DNA of 64,000 bases from a virus. Taxonomy: Duplodnaviria; Caudoviricetes. Each line of letters starts with the position of its first letter. Positions within the stretch are counted from its first letter, which is position 1. The notes under the pieces were generated by a model. It searched no databases, was not told the DNA's origin, and saw only the letters and a list, made by a program, of their open reading frames with translations. Shown here one piece after another: positions 11,273 to 20,335 of the stretch. The stretch spans positions 543 through 64,542 of the IMG/VR virus record IMGVR_UViG_3300002220_000024; one strand, 5' to 3'. The position numbers and the translations under genes were made by a program.

Positions 11273-11345
11273 TGAAGCTATCGGAAGTCGCGTCCGAATT
11301 TCTACAGTGAAAGTGTAGTGTTCTAACTATTTAAACTATAGCTCC
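11273..11345 (-). tRNA. tRNA-Glu(TTC)
   Basis: GGAGCTA/TAGCTTC, CTACA-CTTTCAC-TGTAG, T arm TCGGA-CGCGACT-TCCGA (non-canonical loop); no CCA. Confidence 0.8.
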
Positions 11346-11350
11346 TTATT

Positions 11351-11518
11351 TTAATTTTCTTGCGATTCAGTCCACCAACAATCTGTACATTGTAATTCTT
11401 TTATAGAACCAAATTGGTCATAATCAACAACTACCCATTGTAGTCCAGATTCACATTCTGGACAAGTAAAATTATTAATCTTTTCTTGACGTTCAAAATT
11501 GTTTGATATCTCATCCAT
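11351..11518 (-). CDS. 55-aa zinc-ribbon microprotein inside the tRNA cluster (not in ORF track)
   Basis: MDEISNNFERQEKINNFTCPECESGLQWVVVDYDQFGSIKELQCTDCWWTESQEN; CxxC..CxxC. Confidence 0.6.
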   Translation of the reverse strand: MDEISNNFERQEKINNFTCPECESGLQWVVVDYDQFGSIKELQCTDCWWTESQEN

Positions 11519-11537
11519 TATCTATTCCTATTTAAAG

Positions 11538-11623
11538 CTCCAAGGGTACGGATCGAACGTACGACGGGGATTTCTCCCGCAAGATTAACAATCTTGTGCA
11601 ATCAACCACTCTGCCACCTTGGA
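11538..11623 (-). tRNA. tRNA-Asn(GTT) with long variable arm
   Basis: TCCAAGG/CCTTGGA, G73, CAAGA-TTGTTAA-TCTTG, variable region with GGGA-GAAA-TCCC, T arm GTACG-TTCGATC-CGTAC. Confidence 0.85.
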
Positions 11624-11637
11624 TTAAATCATCTAAT

Positions 11638-11708
11638 TCACTCACCCACGATTTGAACGTGAACCAATTGATTCAAAGTCAACTATGCTACCATTACACC
11701 AGTGAGTA
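11638..11708 (-). tRNA. tRNA-Gln(TTG)
   Basis: TACTCAC/GTGAGTG, GTTGA-CTTTGAA-TCAAT, T loop TTCAAAT; no CCA. Confidence 0.9.
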
Positions 11709-11715
11709 TTTTAAG

Positions 11716-11790
11716 TCTAGATGGAGAAATTCGAATTCTCGATATCTTGCTCCCAAAGCAAGTGGGTATAGCCATCTGCCCGACATCTAG
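11716..11790 (-). tRNA. tRNA-Pro(TGG)
   Basis: CTAGATG/CATCTAG, CTTGC-TTTGGGA-GCAAG, GAGAA-TTCGAAT-TTCTC; no CCA. Confidence 0.9.
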
Positions 11791-11806
11791 TTATTTTATT
11801 CCTTTT

Positions 11807-12206
11807 TTAATTCTCATATTTAGAAATAACCACTTCAAAATGAGTCATTTCTGGAAAATCTTTTGGGTCAATACTTAATCCATGACCAATTAAACCACTA
11901 TACATACTATCTAATGGCTCCTTTCCTCTTCTATCATTCATTCTAATCTGATTAGAGCAGGCTATCATTATATCTTTATGATATCCATTTTTATCAAAAG
12001 CTCTAATAACAATTTTAGTATTGTCCACTATTTCTTTCCTCTATTTCTTTCCTTAAAACCTCTTTCCTAGTTCTCAACCTTTTAGGTCTTGAATCATGTA
12101 AACCTGAACCACTTCTATGCGGAACATGACATTTCTTTTTCGATTGTTTAATTTCGATTTTGATTTTCTTTGGCATGATCGTGTCAGTATTATAGTCGAG
12201 GTTCAT
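11807..12206 (-). other. Two small hypothetical CDS (11807-12028; 12015-12206, very basic)
   Basis: ORFs between tRNA-Pro and promoter P2. Confidence 0.55.
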
Positions 12207-12217
12207 TCAGTAGTCAA
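12189..12217 (-). promoter_or_regulatory. Promoter module P2
   Basis: TTGACT-ACTGAATGAACCTCGAC(17)-TATAAT. Confidence 0.85.
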
Positions 12218-12243
12218 CGTTATTTTGAAAACTTTTTCATTAA

Positions 12244-12314
12244 TTGCGGGAATAGGATTCGAACCTATAGCTTCGGCTTATGAGGCCGACGATTTACCAT
12301 TACTCGATCCCGCA
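12244..12314 (-). tRNA. tRNA-Met(CAT), initiator-like sequence
   Basis: TGCGGGA/TCCCGCA, TCGGC-CTCATAA-GCCGA, ATAGG-TTCGAAT-CCTAT; resembles bacterial fMet tRNA; no CCA. Confidence 0.9.
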
Positions 12315-12320
12315 GTATGT

Positions 12321-12349
12321 ATTATATACGCTGACCAATCAGTAGTCAA
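12321..12349 (-). promoter_or_regulatory. Promoter module P3
   Basis: TTGACT-ACTGATTGGTCAGCGTA(17)-TATAAT, 6 nt before tRNA-Met. Confidence 0.85.
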
Positions 12350-12422
12350 CCATCTTTTTATTATTTTTCCAAAATTCGTTTTTGCGTTGGAAAGTCGTTT
12401 CAAACTTCCTTTCCGCTTATAT

Positions 12423-12451
12423 ATTATACACTCAAACCACTCAGTAGTCAA
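12423..12451 (-). promoter_or_regulatory. Promoter module P4
   Basis: TTGACT-ACTGAGTGGTTTGAGTG(17)-TATAAT, tandem with P3. Confidence 0.85.
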
Positions 12452-12491
12452 CCATGTAACCAAAATTTTTTCAAAGTTTCTGGTTTGTTGC

Positions 12492-12508
12492 GGACTAATG
12501 ATTAGTCC
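12492..12508. promoter_or_regulatory. Perfect 8-1-8 palindrome, candidate operator
   Basis: GGACTAAT-G-ATTAGTCC between divergent transcription units. Confidence 0.45.
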
Positions 12509-12552
12509 TATTTTCGATAAATTGTGTAGTTATTAGTAGGAGAACAATAAAT

Positions 12553-12702
12553 ATGCGTAAATTAACAGACGAACAAAAAATAGAAATCGTAAAAAAGTAC
12601 AAGTCCGGTATTTCATCTAGACAATTAGCTAAAGAATATAATGTTTGTAAGACATCGATATTATCATTATTAAAAGTTAGAGGAATTAAGCGTGAAAACT
12701 GA
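12553..12702 (+). CDS. 49-aa helix-turn-helix protein (not in ORF track)
   Basis: MRKLTDEQKIEIVKKYKSGISSRQLAKEYNVCKTSILSLLKVRGIKREN; AGGAG RBS upstream; overlaps the next gene by 11 nt. Confidence 0.7.
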   Translation: MRKLTDEQKIEIVKKYKSGISSRQLAKEYNVCKTSILSLLKVRGIKREN

Positions 12703-13777
12703 TTATTATGGGGTTATTTACAAAATTACTAATTTAGTGAATGGTAAGATTTATATAGGACAAAGCAAGAATTATAAAACTAGATGGAATGAACATAAAA
12801 GACTTTCAAAGAAAGAAGCAAATGCTAATGATACTGTTTTTGTAAGAGCTTTAAGAAAATATAGTATTGAAAAATTTACTTTTGAAATTATTGATTATGC
12901 AGAATCGGCACAAAAACTAAATGAATTAGAAGAATTTTATATCAAAGATTACAATTCTGTTGTTCCTAATGGATATAATCTAACTTCTTATATTAATGGT
13001 GTTTCAATATTATCTGAAGAATCTAGATTAAAAATGTCAGAATCTCGAAGGAATACTAAAAAACAATATTCTAGTTCAAATTATTATGGGGTATCTTTTA
13101 ATAATAAAACAAAAACATGGGGCGCTTATATTCATTTTAATAAAAAAACTTCATATATAGGATTTTATAAAACAGAGATTGAAGCTGCTCAAGCTAGAGA
13201 TATTGAAAGTTTAAAAGATGAATATTGCGGATTATTTGAATTAAACTTTATAGAATTAAAAGATGATTATCTATCTGGTAAAATTACAGTAAATAAAATT
13301 GAAAAAAATTTACAAGGTAAGTTAAAAAATATAAATAAAACATCTATATATGTCGGCGTTGTTTTTGAACAAAAATATAATTTATGGAGCTGTTCTATAA
13401 CTTATAAAAAGCAACGTTACCATCTAGGTTTTTTTGATACAGAAATAGATGCAGCTAAACGCTATGATATTGAATCAATAAAACTTTATGGAGATAAATC
13501 TGTTTTAAACTTTGAAACATTAAGAGATAATTATATTCAAGGTACAATACAAATAAAAAAACGAGAAAGAAAATACTGTTTAAAACCAAAAAATAATTCA
13601 TCTAAATATATAGGAGTGTCTTATAATAAACAAGTTAAAAAATGGACATCAAGAATTACATATTTAAGCAAAAGGTATTATTTAGGAAGGTTTTCTTCAG
13701 AAGAAGATGCCGCTAAGGCTTATGATAAAAAAGCAATTGAATTTTTTGGAGATAAAGCTGTAACAAATTTTAAATAA
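12692..13777 (+). mobile_element. Free-standing GIY-YIG homing endonuclease with three AP2-like DNA-binding repeats
   Basis: GVIYKITNLVNGKIYIGQS..R...H, ELEEFYI; three repeats of Y.GV.....W...I......G.F.TE..AA..YD. Confidence 0.9.
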
Positions 13778-13800
13778 AGCGTCAGTCCAAAGCCGACGCT
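13778..13800. terminator. Hairpin between convergent genes, possible bidirectional terminator
   Basis: AGCGTC-N11-GACGCT flanked by A/T tracts. Confidence 0.5.
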
Positions 13801-13823
13801 TCATTTTAATTTATAACTTAATA

Positions 13824-14342
13824 TTAACCAGTCCAAGCCGAATAATTCTTGGTTTCAACACCAGAATCTTCTCTGTATACTAATTTAGCAGGAACAGCAT
13901 AAGTTGGATTTGCTGCAATGTCTGCACCAACACCAGTAGTACCATCTAATCCACTAGCACTAACTCTTAATCCATTAGCAGAGCCATAAACAATATCACC
14001 ACTAAGAATATCTACGCTAGTAATATCGTAACGGTTATATCCATTAAATCCATTAATACCTCTAGTTTTTTCCATACCAGCGCCACCAACTAAAGCTGTT
14101 AAAGTGTTTCCACCAACAGTAGTTGTATAACCCATAGCAATGTGACTATTTTCTTTATTAAAATCACCACCACTAATTGCTTTCTGAACTAAACCAGATA
14201 CTTGTGGTTGACGAACATATAACATATTCGCGTCACCATAATCAAGTGATCCAATTTCATTACGTGTTACATTACCAGCATGTAATAAACTTGAGCCATT
14301 ATTCTTTACATTGTTTCCACTAATCGCTTTTGCAACTGACAT
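13824..14342 (-). CDS. Gly/Ser/Asn-rich protein, possibly virion-associated
   Basis: Composition unlike neighbours (small residues, low charge); function is inference only. Confidence 0.45.
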   Translation of the reverse strand: MSVAKAISGNNVKNNGSSLLHAGNVTRNEIGSLDYGDANMLYVRQPQVSGLVQKAISGGDFNKENSHIAMGYTTTVGGNTLTALVGGAGMEKTRGINGFNGYNRYDITSVDILSGDIVYGSANGLRVSASGLDGTTGVGADIAANPTYAVPAKLVYREDSGVETKNYSAWTG

Positions 14343-14405
14343 TTTATTCTCTTTAATTAAAAATCGTAATCCTATCCTTTTGAGTTCCTTTGTCCTCTAT
14401 CTAAT

Positions 14406-15038
14406 TTATAATACACCAAAAATATCTTTAATTACGAACTTATCTGAAGATCTTACTCCAACTTTAAACTTTTTTAACTCATGATAATCTTCTTTAGTTC
14501 TAACAGAAGAAGAAACAATAATATTCATTGGTGTCATTTCACAAAGATAAGCTGCTATCAAACAATCGTCTTCGAAAATATTAGACATAGTACCAGTGGA
14601 AGTTATAACTGAATCAACTTTGTTTTTATACAACTCATCACAAAAATCAAGAATAAACTTAGAATCAAATAATCTATATTCAATAATACAACGTAAAGAT
14701 TTTCTTTTATCTTTGCATAGATCGTTAATAATTTTAATTTCATCTATTATTTTATCCTGAAAATTATTGGCCATTAAAAATGGGTTTATAGTAAGGTCAA
14801 TTAAATTAGCGCCAGAATCTGCCGCATAAATAACTTCTCTAATCCTTGTTTTCGTAGAAGATAGACCATAAGGGTAATCTATTTGTGCAGCAATAGAAAT
14901 TGTATCACACTTTACATATCCAAGAAAATAAGAGGGTAAACAGATATTATCTATTTGATAGCTATCAGCTAAATCTATAAAATGATTAAGGTCGTCTATA
15001 GATATAGACTTGTCTTTAATAAGTATTTCTTTTATCAT
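14406..15038 (-). CDS. Deoxyribose-phosphate aldolase (DeoC)-like protein, catalytic lysines apparently absent
   Basis: IDYPYG.S.TKTR..E...A..SGA..ID, LRCIIE, VITSTG. Confidence 0.75.
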   Translation of the reverse strand: MIKEILIKDKSISIDDLNHFIDLADSYQIDNICLPSYFLGYVKCDTISIAAQIDYPYGLSSTKTRIREVIYAADSGANLIDLTINPFLMANNFQDKIIDEIKIINDLCKDKRKSLRCIIEYRLFDSKFILDFCDELYKNKVDSVITSTGTMSNIFEDDCLIAAYLCEMTPMNIIVSSSVRTKEDYHELKKFKVGVRSSDKFVIKDIFGVL

Positions 15039-15493
15039 AGATTTAAGTAAATTTCTTTAAAAATGTTTTTCGCGGCCCGAAGTTGATAGCAATACATATC
15101 TCTAGTCAAACCCATAATATCCTTTATCTCTTTATGAGAATAACCATCTATATATTTATGAGTTAATATTTGTCTGTGTGTATCAGATAATAAACACAAA
15201 GTATCCCTAATCTTTTTTAGGTTTTCACTAGAACTAGGTTCATAAAAAATAGGGTAAAATGTCTTTGTTTGTGTTATTTGCCTAAACCTTTCTAAGAAGT
15301 AATATTTGCAGCACACTCCAAGCCATATATTAAATTCTGTTTTTTCTGGCTCAAATGTATTAATAGCTCTAAATAAAGCAGAATCTTTCTCTGATTCTAG
15401 ATCTTCCCTATCAACTAGATTCTTAATTTTTCTACAATGATAATTTAATATTTTTTGTACTTCTATATTTCTCTTTACTTCTTCATAAATCAT
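15035..15493 (-). CDS. Sigma-70 (ECF-like) factor
   Basis: DREDL..E...AL.RA..TF.P....F..W (region 2); LSD.HRQIL..KY.DGYSHKEI..IMG (region 4 HTH). Confidence 0.75.
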   Translation of the reverse strand: MIYEEVKRNIEVQKILNYHCRKIKNLVDREDLESEKDSALFRAINTFEPEKTEFNIWLGVCCKYYFLERFRQITQTKTFYPIFYEPSSSENLKKIRDTLCLLSDTHRQILTHKYIDGYSHKEIKDIMGLTRDMYCYQLRAAKNIFKEIYLNL

Positions 15494-16364
15494 GATGTTA
15501 AACTCGATAATAAAATTCCGCCATTTTGTGATAAATCTGTCATCTTGTTATATTTAGCTTCAAAATCTTCATCTGTAACAAAGCAGGAGATATAATTCTT
15601 AAGATCAGGATAAACATAAATATACCAATCTTTTTCCTCTTTAGAAAATTGCTCACGAAGATCAAGAATCTCTTTGGAGATTTGTAAAGACCCAACACTA
15701 AGTTCAATCACTGGTCTTACCTTAGTGAATTCAAAAAGTTTACCAATAGCTAAAAGAAAACGATACCTAGAAAACACTTTTAATCCTTCTACTCCAGGAA
15801 TTTTCTCTACAACATTTACAAAGTTTTGAGTAAGATCAAAATCTGTGTGACCAATCCAAAATTCAAAATGATTTAGTGGATTAAAAGCTTCGTCAACCTC
15901 AAACATACCAAAAGGAGTAGAAATAATATTACCAATAGGAATACCTAAATGACCGGCTAATGGATCTTCTTCATATTCCTCTTCAAAAGACTCTACCTCA
16001 TCGTCTTCTTCCATCCACTTGCTTTTACTTGTGTCAAATTTATATTGAACTTTTTCCCAAACAACTTTCATTTTGTACCTCTTTCAAATAATTTAGATGG
16101 ACTAATTAAAGGATCGTCTGATTTTTCAATCATAACATAATTACTAAGATGACCTAAAAATTCTTGAAAAGCAGTTTCATCTAGTGTTTGCTTAACACTT
16201 TCTACAAAATACTCTGTAACCTTACCAGAGATAACAGAATAATACAACAGAGCTAAATCCGCAGGATCAGTACAAACAATACTAATTTCTAAATCACCAT
16301 CATCTAAAAAAGATAAGGATAAGTTCTCTACTATAGTATCTTCTTTAATTATTTCCTCACTCAT
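15490..16364 (-). other. Two acidic hypothetical CDS (15490-16071, 16068-16364)
   Basis: ORFs with 4-nt overlaps between the two sigma-like genes. Confidence 0.65.
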
Positions 16365-16932
16365 TTTTTATTTTATCCTTCTTTATTTTACGAAAAGTAT
16401 TTTCTAATTTAAAGTATATCTGTCTCTTTGACAGACCATTGCTAATTCCTATATCTTTTATCTTTTGGTTAGTTGTTAAATAATCAATAAGACAATCTTT
16501 CTCTTTATCGTCTAAGTAATCAAGATCTTTTAATGATTCAATAAACTCTTTATTTGTAACAATATTAATTGGATTAATTTGTTTAGGACAAGGAAGATAA
16601 TTAATCAATGACTCACTTCTACCGTTTCCCATACCCTTTTTAGATAAAATATCAAATTCAAGAGAGTATTCAACCCCGTTTCGTTTATTTTTCTTAAATT
16701 TCTTGAAAATGTTTTTTTTTGCGTATGTAGCATACAGCCCACGAAACTGTTCTCTAGTTAAACCTACTTCTGGATTATATCTGCTGTCAGCCATAATCAT
16801 ATATTCATTAATATAAGCGATATTATCTTCAGATAAAGGCAATCTATTACTTCTTAAAATTTTAAGAGAAATCAAATCATATTCTTTTAAACTTAAATAT
16901 TGTTCTTTATTCTCATCGCTGTGTTTTTCCAT
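16357..16932 (-). CDS. Second, divergent sigma-70-like factor
   Basis: AD.RYNPE.G (region 2-like); YSL.F; LDDKEKDCL..Y......KDIG...GLSKRQI..KL (region 4 HTH). Confidence 0.6.
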   Translation of the reverse strand: MEKHSDENKEQYLSLKEYDLISLKILRSNRLPLSEDNIAYINEYMIMADSRYNPEVGLTREQFRGLYATYAKKNIFKKFKKNKRNGVEYSLEFDILSKKGMGNGRSESLINYLPCPKQINPINIVTNKEFIESLKDLDYLDDKEKDCLIDYLTTNQKIKDIGISNGLSKRQIYFKLENTFRKIKKDKIKNE

Positions 16933-17951
16933 GTATATTCTCCACTCGTAATTAATCCAAAGTTGTTAATCTGTTTCCCGTTCTTCTTAACCAATTCGTA
17001 TTCTGACCGTAAAGCCTCACAGAACGTTCTGTAGTACGTTTCACCAAGTTCTGCCCACAATCCCTCACCATTAAAGAAAACGTTGTCTACAGCGTATTCT
17101 AGACCACTAGGATCAATCAGTGTTGCATTCTCTTTATTTAGATACTCTGTAGGACCAGAATAGTTTGTTGCAATTATTCTTTTTCCACAAGCAAGTGTTT
17201 CAGTAATAGGCAATCCCCAACCTTCTGATCTAAAAGGATAAACTCCAATATCACTTTTATTAATAATATCAGCAATATGTTTTTGACTATCTAGTTGTCC
17301 AATAATCTTTACTTTATCTCCAAGATTACTCTTGTAATAATCAATCCATTTATTTTCAATATCATTATTAATAAAATGGTTTGTAGGCATCATCCATAAC
17401 TCAACATCATGAGTATCAAAAAATACTTCATAAAAAGCTTTGGCTAAAAGATCGTGACCCTTACGCTTTTCCCATTTACCAATATTTAAGAATACTACTT
17501 TTCCTCTATTAATATTATTTTTTTTGTAATGGAATATTTCTTTATTAACACCAAAAGGAATTACTTTACAAGGAACATTAATATTGTTATTTTCAATAAT
17601 ATCTTTTGCCCACCGAGAACAAACAAAAATCTCATCTTGAGAATTAAGGTTATGTTTCTCTATTTTAGTAAAGGTATCTAGTTCAAAAATAGGAAAAGCA
17701 ATTCTTTTTGAGGAAATTGGATGTTCAGCAAGTAAATTTTGGTGGAATATTTTCAAAGACGGTTTATACTTATTCCATAAGTTTGAATTCTGTAAAGTTG
17801 CAAGAACAAACTTCTCATCATCTTTCTCAAAATCAACCTTACCAATAGGAAAAAGAGAAATAGAACTATCTAGTTTGTATAATTCTCTTAAAATATTGGT
17901 TGAAACGCCGCCGTATGATAGCTTATTAATAGGACAGTTCAGACTCAGCAT
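16893..17951 (-). CDS. Glycosyltransferase family 4 (GT-B)
   Basis: FLNIGKWEKRKGHDLL..AF, PFRSEGWGLPITE.LACG..IIATNYSGPTEY. Confidence 0.9.
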   Translation of the reverse strand: MLSLNCPINKLSYGGVSTNILRELYKLDSSISLFPIGKVDFEKDDEKFVLATLQNSNLWNKYKPSLKIFHQNLLAEHPISSKRIAFPIFELDTFTKIEKHNLNSQDEIFVCSRWAKDIIENNNINVPCKVIPFGVNKEIFHYKKNNINRGKVVFLNIGKWEKRKGHDLLAKAFYEVFFDTHDVELWMMPTNHFINNDIENKWIDYYKSNLGDKVKIIGQLDSQKHIADIINKSDIGVYPFRSEGWGLPITETLACGKRIIATNYSGPTEYLNKENATLIDPSGLEYAVDNVFFNGEGLWAELGETYYRTFCEALRSEYELVKKNGKQINNFGLITSGEYTWKNTAMRIKNNI

Positions 17952-18613
17952 TATATTAGTTCCTTTAATTCATTATAGTTGATTACAATCTCTGAGTAAT
18001 CAACTTCTCTTTTCTTAAAATCAGTAGTAAATGTTTCTACTTTTTCATTATATCCAGCAAAATCTAATATTTTTCTACAGACATTGTTAAATTCATTAGG
18101 AATATCTTCATAATAAAAAGTTAATATATTATTTGGAGTATCTCTAATATAATTCATCATGTATTCTTTATATATTAAAGATTTTTCGTAACAAAACTTA
18201 AAAGTATCTGGTTGTATATAAACTTTAGGATAAATATATTCTTCTTCATCTTTTTTAATATGAAACGTGGTTTGATTGCCAACAAGAGCGGAAATAGTCT
18301 TTATAAATAAATCTCTTCTTGAAATATAAATTATACACGAATAATTATTCATAATTTCATCTAATAACTCTTTGTGAATTTGATAGAATTGTATCTTAGG
18401 AATATTTGAGTGTATTAGATATTTTTCTATTGTCTCTATAGACAAAGGAATATTTCCAACAACATCTTCAATTCTAAGTTTTTTTCCCCAATCATATTTT
18501 TTAACTAAGGGGATATTAAATATCTCATGACCACAAGAAGTAATTTTTCTTAAAGCCGAGAAAATATATTCTGTTCCGCAGCGTCCATGAGTAAGACACA
18601 CACATTTTTGCAT
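17951..18613 (-). CDS. Stf0-like sulfotransferase
   Basis: 5'-PSB-like HGRCGT, GHEIFN, 3'-PB-like IYISRRDLF...IS, YYEDI. Confidence 0.65.
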   Translation of the reverse strand: MQKCVCLTHGRCGTEYIFSALRKITSCGHEIFNIPLVKKYDWGKKLRIEDVVGNIPLSIETIEKYLIHSNIPKIQFYQIHKELLDEIMNNYSCIIYISRRDLFIKTISALVGNQTTFHIKKDEEEYIYPKVYIQPDTFKFCYEKSLIYKEYMMNYIRDTPNNILTFYYEDIPNEFNNVCRKILDFAGYNEKVETFTTDFKKREVDYSEIVINYNELKELI

Positions 18614-19539
18614 TTTTGTTTTCCTTCTAGTTTATGAATAAAACCTAAGTTATAAGCTGACTCTGTTAATATTTTATATCTAATCCACTGTCTTGTTATT
18701 TTTTCGTCTTGAATTTCATTTCTAATATCGTTAACCTCATTCCATGAATAAGAATTAGACATTTTCCATTGCATAAAGTTATGATATAAGTCAACAGGAT
18801 TATCTGTTTCTAACTTTAGGATGGCGTCAACATACCCTTGAGAATACTTTCTCTGAATAAAATATTCAATAACACACCTTTCTGGACCAATAATATGATC
18901 AATCTTTAATTTAGGATCATATAATACTCCATATTTTTTACCTCTTTCAATAAATCTTACTTCATCATTTGCAAATAAGTTATTTCCTTTATAACCATGC
19001 TCTTCTTCAAACGGTCCTATTTTATTAAACATATTTTTAGTAAAAACTAAATTAGCACTAACAAGATAGGCTCCATGTAACGCTTTTAAATCAGAAGGAA
19101 AATTAATATCAGGAGTCCAATTAATCTCAGATAAATTAGCAAGAAATCCTTTTGTAATCCATTTTGGCTTATCTACAATAAATTTACTTAATAAAGGTCC
19201 GCCAATTAGTTCATATCCTGTTTTCCTAATAGTAGAAAAAAGATTAGTTAAATATTGCGAAGAAACTATACAATCATCGTCTGTTAAAATAATTGTATCG
19301 TATTGAGCGTTTTTAATTCCACAATTTCTTGCCGGATTGGCTCCAATAGTAGGGCAGTAAATATGCTTGAAATTATCTGGTAGTCCAGACATAATACAAG
19401 AAACTCTATCTGTTTTTTCTGGGTTTTCTACAACAATAACTTCAAAAAAACTTCTATCAAACTCAAGACTTAATAAAGAGTCTATTGTAGATTGTAAATA
19501 TTTTGGTTTGTGTGTTGGAATAATAATACTAAACATCAT
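18550..19539 (-). CDS. Glycosyltransferase family 2 (GT-A)
   Basis: FSIIIPT, EVIVVEN, GANPARNCG, ILTDDD, GPFEE. Confidence 0.9.
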   Translation of the reverse strand: MMFSIIIPTHKPKYLQSTIDSLLSLEFDRSFFEVIVVENPEKTDRVSCIMSGLPDNFKHIYCPTIGANPARNCGIKNAQYDTIILTDDDCIVSSQYLTNLFSTIRKTGYELIGGPLLSKFIVDKPKWITKGFLANLSEINWTPDINFPSDLKALHGAYLVSANLVFTKNMFNKIGPFEEEHGYKGNNLFANDEVRFIERGKKYGVLYDPKLKIDHIIGPERCVIEYFIQRKYSQGYVDAILKLETDNPVDLYHNFMQWKMSNSYSWNEVNDIRNEIQDEKITRQWIRYKILTESAYNLGFIHKLEGKQKCKNVCVLLMDAAEQNIFSRL

Positions 19540-20335
19540 AAGTCCTATAATAATTTTCTGAATATAATGTGATTAAACTCGGATTTAAATATATTTTATA
19601 ACCTCTGTCTTTTAGTTGTTTATGTAATGTAACATGATCACAATCATAAGACTGATATTCAACATTCTCATTTAAAACAGAAATAGGATAAAAACACATT
19701 CCTCCAAAACAAGAATTAACCTCAACTAAATCCTCTCCTCTTTTAAAATCTAGATTGTTATTTATTTCGTCTCCTGCAAATTCCCAAGAATTAATATCTC
19801 TAAACGCCCAGCTATCATAGTATAACTTTCTATTATTTTCGTAGACTAAGCTGTTTGAACCGATAATAGTTTTTTTATTTTTTTTTAAAAGACCAAGAGT
19901 GTGTTGTATTCCTTCAATACTATAACCTCCAAGTAAGTCATAATCTAAAATACATAAATATTTAAAGTTTTCTTTCTCTTTCTCATCTTTTGCCAATTCC
20001 CAAACTTTGTTTCGATAAAGAGCCATCCTAGTTCTTCTTAAGAGACTTTTATCCTGCTTTAGTGGTTCATGATCTAATTCCTCATAAATATATTTTATAT
20101 TAGGGTATAACCAAGAGTCAACAACATTATTTTTTTCACTATCATTTTCATAAATTATGATTTTAGAATTAGGAAAAATTGTTCTTATATCAGATATATT
20201 ATTTAATAGATCTACTGCATGACCTCTAATTAAACCACAAAATAAAATCTTTCCAGGAAAGCACCTTCCTTCTAATAAATTTAAGATATATTTTTTTCTT
20301 TCTTTAATTGGTGGCCAAAATGATTCTGGAAACAT
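19529..20335 (-). CDS. GT-A-fold glycosyltransferase-like protein
   Basis: IIYENDS, RMA.YRN, ILDYD, YYDSWAFR, VNSCFGG...Y, CDHV.LH, IYLNP. Confidence 0.65.
   Translation of the reverse strand: MFPESFWPPIKERKKYILNLLEGRCFPGKILFCGLIRGHAVDLLNNISDIRTIFPNSKIIIYENDSEKNNVVDSWLYPNIKYIYEELDHEPLKQDKSLLRRTRMALYRNKVWELAKDEKEKENFKYLCILDYDLLGGYSIEGIQHTLGLLKKNKKTIIGSNSLVYENNRKLYYDSWAFRDINSWEFAGDEINNNLDFKRGEDLVEVNSCFGGMCFYPISVLNENVEYQSYDCDHVTLHKQLKDRGYKIYLNPSLITLYSENYYRTYDV

Noticed and set aside
11596-12536. ORFs 11596-11790 (+), 12117-12536 (+) and 12278-12463 (-)
   Set aside because: They overlap tRNA genes and promoters; shadow ORFs of structured RNA
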